DNA of 64,000 nt from the human T2T-CHM13v2.0 reference genome, Homo sapiens: the NCBI RefSeq assembly GCF_009914755.1, contig NC_060929.1. One strand, 5' to 3'. Numbering within the stretch: the first letter of the stretch is position 1; each line of letters begins with the position of its first letter. Made by a program: the position numbers and the translations under genes. Positions 56,746 through 64,000 of this stretch are shown in pieces. The notes below the pieces were generated by a model that worked only from the letters and a program-made list of their open reading frames with translations, had not been told where the DNA came from and made no database searches.

Positions 56746-58627
56746 TAGTAACAATAATGTTTGAACTCTAAAAATGATGCTTTCAATGTAGTATATTTCC
56801 TAGGCCATTTAACCCAGAGGTCTTCTACCTCTGAAGAGTAAGACAGAGCTGACATAAATTTGAGAGAACAGCACAAAGGCCATCTTCATTTCTTCAAGAC
56901 TGGGCATTTTCTCAGCAACCTGCACATTCACTCCATGGGTTTAGTATACTTTACAGCCTTTCCATAGGACCTCAAGTCCAAGAGGTTAGTTTACTTTTGG
57001 AAAGTTGTTTTTCTAACCAAAATGACACATTCATTGTGGTTATTAAGGTCTCTGGACTCAAAATTGGGCCACGTTTGATGAAAAAAAAAAAAACCCTCAT
57101 GAAGTTTAAGAATGAATATGGTTCATTAATTCATATTTATATTAACCAAATATTTTGACTTGATTTGGCAGAAAATATTTTTTTACAAGTATCTGGTAGA
57201 CTTGAATCATTTCTAGACTGTTAAATCATTTCTTGGGAAGTTGCATAGAAAATACTTTCAGAATTTGTGGTTTTCAAAAAGGACTTTGTCTAATGAATAG
57301 CGATGGCAACACAGATTTAGGGGTGGAATTCTTGGGGAGCTTCTATTGCCTTCTGGCAGTTGCATACCAATTAGTAAGTATTGGCCTGATCAGCAAAGTA
57401 TGGATTGTAGAGGGAGGAATGATGAAATTCCTCTATAGGAGTTAGAGTCCTATGTAGATGAGGGGAAGACATCTAGGCGGGGCAGAAGAGGAACTTGGAG
57501 GCTCTCAAATATGTTTTAAGAGTTTTCAGTAATCTGTGTTGAAAGTTTTCAACATTGAGCATTGAGCGGCCATTTTCCACTAAAACGATAGAAATCGACT
57601 TGTTAACACTTTGCAGAGACATGAAAGACAGGCGGAGCCAATCCGCAGCCTGCCAGTGTGGAGGGTTCCCCAAGGGTGGGACCCAGCGTGACCTTGCCCT
57701 TGAACGGTGGGCGTTTTCCAGGGGCTTAAGGTTTCACAACTGTGTACAGGCCTCTCTTCTGAGTCCTCAGTTGCTGAACTGAAAGTACTTTACAATACCT
57801 CAAGTCTTGTGGTTACGGACCCTGGGGAGGAGGAGATGGGAAGAGAAGTGTGGTAAATTCCAAAGCAGGGAGGTTTAGGAACCTCCTGACTCAGGAAATA
57901 CCAAGGTCTTCCCATAAATGGAAGCAGTCTGTGTTGGTCTATTTATCCACAAATGATAAAGTGAATAAAAAATCTCTGATTTAAAAAGTAGGAAGAATCG
58001 AACAGTTGGACCGAGTCCCTACCATGTGTAAGGCCCTTTTCCATGCAGGGAGGTATAAATGTAACCCAATGTTCCAGGCCTCCAGTACTGGACCCCAAAG
58101 CGAGGCCCGATTCTTTTCAATTCTTGAATTCTAATAACTTAATAGCTGCTTCTCTCACCTTGTAATCAGTATGGATCATCACAGGAAAATCCATCTTTCA
58201 AAGAATTCTTTGGGAATATTTCCAAGAATTTCCAGCACTGTTTTCACCTGACATTATCCACCTGACCTTGCCTGGTGATGCTGCTCTAGGCCATGTGTCC
58301 TGTCCTAACTATATCAACAGCCCCACCTGCTGGTCCTGTGTGCCTCTGCTGCTCGTGCCAAAGCTTTGACTCATCTCCAGAGGTGTTTCTGTGATGCCCA
58401 CTCTCTTCATGGCCACTTCTGGGGCCAGTGTAGATCTCTGCCAACTAGCCTGGAGCTAACTCGTCCAGACCATATTACTTACACCTTCTATAAGCCCTGG
58501 GACTTATTCCAACACACCAGGCCAGACTCCTGGTGACTTGACTCTCTGGAGGCCCCATCATCCTTTCCTACTGTCTGACCTGGTTCTGTGCCATATAGGT
58601 CCACCTGATATATCTCAGCATCATTGA

Positions 58628-59272
<645 letters not shown>

Positions 59273-60769
59273 TGAAGGGGAAGGATGGGGAGGGACGAAG
59301 GGCTGGTAATTGAGGTCAGCGAAAGGATGGTATCAGATGCATGGTGGGCAACCTGAGCTTCATCCAAGGAGACACTAAGGAAGGGACCTTAGAGGCATCC
59401 AGATAAGCTCCTTTTGTGACCAAAAAGGACACTGAGAACCCGAGATGAGGGGATTTTTCTAAGGCCGTTCATTGAGCTAAGCCGATTTAAAAATTCCCAG
59501 TCCCTTCTGAGATGTTCTTCCCAGCTCATCTTTAGCTTTCCCCAGGGGTAAAGGAAAAGAATGAGGACGAAACTGCAGAGAGCTTTTGAAAGAAGGGAAA
59601 TTAGGGTGTCTCCTGATCCCCCTCATGAAATGACTTCAGTCTTTAAGTCATAGGTGGCAGGGTCTTCCCCGAGTGAAGAGACGGGATGATCCTGGCAGTA
59701 TGGAGTTAAAGCATCACCACACTGAGCTGTTAGCACCATTTTGAGTTATGTTACATTGCCCTCCATGGATAGAGTGACGGATACAAGGCTGTCAGCATAA
59801 AGGACCTGGCCTGTCCAAGTCTGGTCTTCCCAGCAGAAATTCCTACTTAACACAGTTAGAAGAACTCACTGTAATACATACACACAGCAACCAATTTATC
59901 CAAGGCCTGTTTTGTATCAGTCCTGAGGACTGGAGGCCAACCAAGACGTAGCTATTGTTTCTGCCCCATAGCAGCCTCGGATGAGGGGGCAGGGCAGAAA
60001 AGCATCACCAGTAGGGACACAAACAAGAGAAACTGCAAAACCGAGAGATTGTTAAAATTTGCAATCATCAATCAGTCAGTTGTTAAACTAATCCACTTGA
60101 ATAGAATTCTACAGCAAGTTGGTTAGAATCCGTCTGAAATTCTTAACTGCAGGGGTTTCACTGCACACATCAGTGCGCACTCAGTGATAGTGGTGTTCTC
60201 CTCGCTGGGCTTTCTGTAAGTTCCAACGCAGGGCACAGAATTGAAAATGGAAGCCCCCATGAGCAGCTGCAGGCAGGGATGCCGTCACTCTGACCCCTCG
60301 GCCTCTCCTCTCTGTGGCTGCCTCCAGGGCACATGAGGAAAAGCAGATGCCTCCCCTGGCAAGTTCTGATGGAAAGATCAAAGGTGGGGAGTAGGAGCAA
60401 CGAAGAGCATGACTGAACAATGACGGGGTCAGGCCGACTCTGCACTCAGACACAGCAGAGCCATTCTCTGGAGAGACTCTTAGGGTGGTGCTGCTGGGAC
60501 TCACAGGAAGACTTCAGATCTTAAATGGATATTCTGCACTGCCAGACAATCCTAGTAAAGTCATGTTCCTACACTGCCTTTTACCCTTTACCGCCTTCCC
60601 CTCTTCTCAGATCTCCACATCCCCTTGCAGGCTTGGCTGATGATCTTGTCTCATATTTCACAGCAAAAGCAGATACAAATGGTCAAGGATGATCTCTTCC
60701 CTCCACTGATTTCGCCAGCACACTACACTTGGTCTCAGCCTCTGCCCTCTCCCCGAGGCTGTGGAGTAA

Positions 60770-61236
<467 letters not shown>

Positions 61237-61904
61237 ACCGGTGTCTTAATATCACCCATTTTACCAGCTATGGCTCCCTTCCTCTGCTTCTTTTCAAAGC
61301 ACAATGTGTTGAAAATATTGGCCATACTTAATGTCTCCACTTCATCACCTTCTTTTTCCCCTCAATTTGGACTTTTACTCCGTCACTCTTGGAATGACTG
61401 ACCCAGGTCACTGACAACCGATAGCTTGCCAGAGTCAAATCCAATCCCCTTGTCTTACTCAACCTCTCAGTGGCATTTGACACAGCGATCACTTCTTCCT
61501 TGTTGAAATATTTCCTGTCCTCTTGGGTTCCATGAGACTAATGTGCCTGGGTTTCCAGGACTTGCTCTCCTCCTTCTTTTGGTCTGCTTTGCTGGCTCTT
61601 TGACCAATGTCTCCTGGTTGTGGGGCCACGGGCTTTGTCTGGTACACTCTGTACCTATGTGAGCCCATCCAGACTTCTGATTTTTAAGTACTGTTTAAAT
61701 GCTGATACTCTCAATTTGCATTTCCAGTGTGATCATTAGATGTCTAGAGGCATCTCACACTTAACTATGTCTAAAATCAAACTCTTGATTTCCTCCCTCA
61801 AACCTGCCCTTGCCCCATCTCAGGAAGTGGTATCATCATCTACCCAGCTGAACAGGTCCTGAACAGTGGAGCCATTCCTGATTCCTCTTTCCCTCAGACC
61901 TTAA

Positions 61905-62334
61905 ATTCGTTTTTGTAGGGCTTCCATAACAAAGTACCTCAATCTGGGTGGCTAAAAAAACAACGATTTATTTTCTCACTGTTCTGGAGGCCAGAAGTCC
62001 AAAACCAAGGTGTCATCAGGGCCATACTTTCTGGAGGCTCTGGGGGAGAATCCTGCCTTGCCTCCTCCTAGCTTCTGGTGTTTGCTGGCAATCCTTGGGG
62101 TTCCCCAGCTGGTGGCATCATGACTCCCAATATCTGCCTCTTTCATCACATGGTCTTCTTCCCTCTAGGTGTGTCTGTGTCCAAATTTCCCTCTTATAAT
62201 GATTAGGACGCACCATAATCCACTTTGACATCTTAACTTGGTCACATCTGCAAAGACCCTGTTTCCAAATAAAGTAACCTTCACAGGTTCTGCATGGATG
62301 TGGATTTGGGGAGAATACTATTCAATTCAGTACA
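61905..62334 (-). mobile_element. MLT1C-like MaLR solo LTR
   Basis: ccataacaaagtacc...atttattttctcactgttctggaggccagaagtcc...acatctgcaaagaccctgtttccaaataa. Confidence 0.8.
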
Positions 62335-62353
62335 GACCTTCAGATCTGATTGA

Positions 62354-62956
<603 letters not shown>

Positions 62957-64000
62957 TAAATCAGACAATATGATTCCCTTGGGCAAAACCCGCTGATGGC
63001 TTCCCAATACCAGAGAATAAAATTCAGCTATTTAAACTGGCTTAAAAGAAGCTTGGTGATTTTGTCTACTCTCTGACTTTACCTCCCTTTTCCTGTCCCC
63101 ATGATTCCTGGGCTGCAGCCATACTGGGCTGCTTCCCATCCCTCCATCAAGCAGAGCTGTCCCAGCCTTTTCAATCACTGCTCCTTCTGCTTGAAACACT
63201 CTTCCTCCAAATCTCCACATGACTCTGTCTTTCTCTTCATTCATGTCCCAACTCCTGTGTTTCTCCTTAGAAAGGCCTTCCCCAGCCCGAGCTAGCTAAT
63301 GTGCCCTTTCTCTCACATGGGCCTAGTCACCCTTTTTCTGTTCAATATTGGAATTTACCTTATTTATTTGCTTATAGATAATAATAGCACTTGTATGATT
63401 TATTATTTATTATGTCTGCCTCCTCCCAGTAGAACATAGGTTCCTATGAGCAGCCAACTATTTTCCTTGTCCACAAAAGAAAACTCCTACCCATTGATTG
63501 GCACAAAAATGCTCAGTAAACATTTTGTCTGACCAAGCTGGGCTAGCTTTGTGCTTCCTGGTTTCCGCCCTTCCTCCCACCCTTCCTACCATTCATGTTG
63601 TAATGGTAAAGCCTACTGTGTTTAGACATTAAAACCTTTTTGTATAAATTATTATATATTAAAAATTGAGGAGAAGAAAATGGCCCATTTTCATCCTCCC
63701 TTATTAACCATCTCTAAAATTATCTAATTTGGCTTCTTTGGAACATCTCCACTAATTCGGTGGCCATCCCCCTCTCCTTGCATACGCAGGCGCATGCTCA
63801 TTCACAACTGAACACACTTTAAATGCACCCTCCCTGATAAGAAGCTACCACTCACTCCTGATCCCATTCCCATGGAAAAGCATTTCTAGGTGTGTATGTA
63901 GGATTTTGTAGAAAGAAATACAGAGGGTTTTAAAAATCATTATTATTTTGGTTTGTGGGGAAAGTTTGCTTAATGCCAAGGGGGTGAATATTGTTTCACA

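Overview
Human or great-ape genomic DNA containing five consecutive internal coding exons of RASGRF2 (Ras/Rac guanine-nucleotide exchange factor) on the + strand: 1623-1705, 5238-5486, 6166-6548, 16265-16390 and 19696-19785 (probably exons 13-17, numbering from memory). They splice in frame through GT-AG introns into CVDNIRC...MIK SDARLHK...SIPVR SLELFF...RSIQK AVLESAP...RQPG GQTADN...GSPP(G). This covers the end of the PH2 region, the REM domain and the Ser/Pro-rich linker. From 19786 to the window end is one long intron; I did not find the next exon. Non-coding sequence is dominated by repeats: about 22 Alus, old L1M and L2 fragments, MaLR LTRs (one with two LTRs plus internal sequence), DNA-transposon MITEs, microsatellites and a 50 x 9-bp minisatellite. 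Nearly all ORFs in the supplied track are repeat-derived or chance. I see no prokaryotic-type system, RNA gene or CRISPR array. The best leads are a probable L1 3' transduction (41259-42279), an E-box/YCAY-dense minisatellite (62418-62867), in-frame alternative splice sites in the linker, and candidate poison/terminal exons at about 40.3-40.45 kb. Repeat subfamily names come from recalled consensus sequences, not a RepeatMasker run, and repeat boundaries are approximate.
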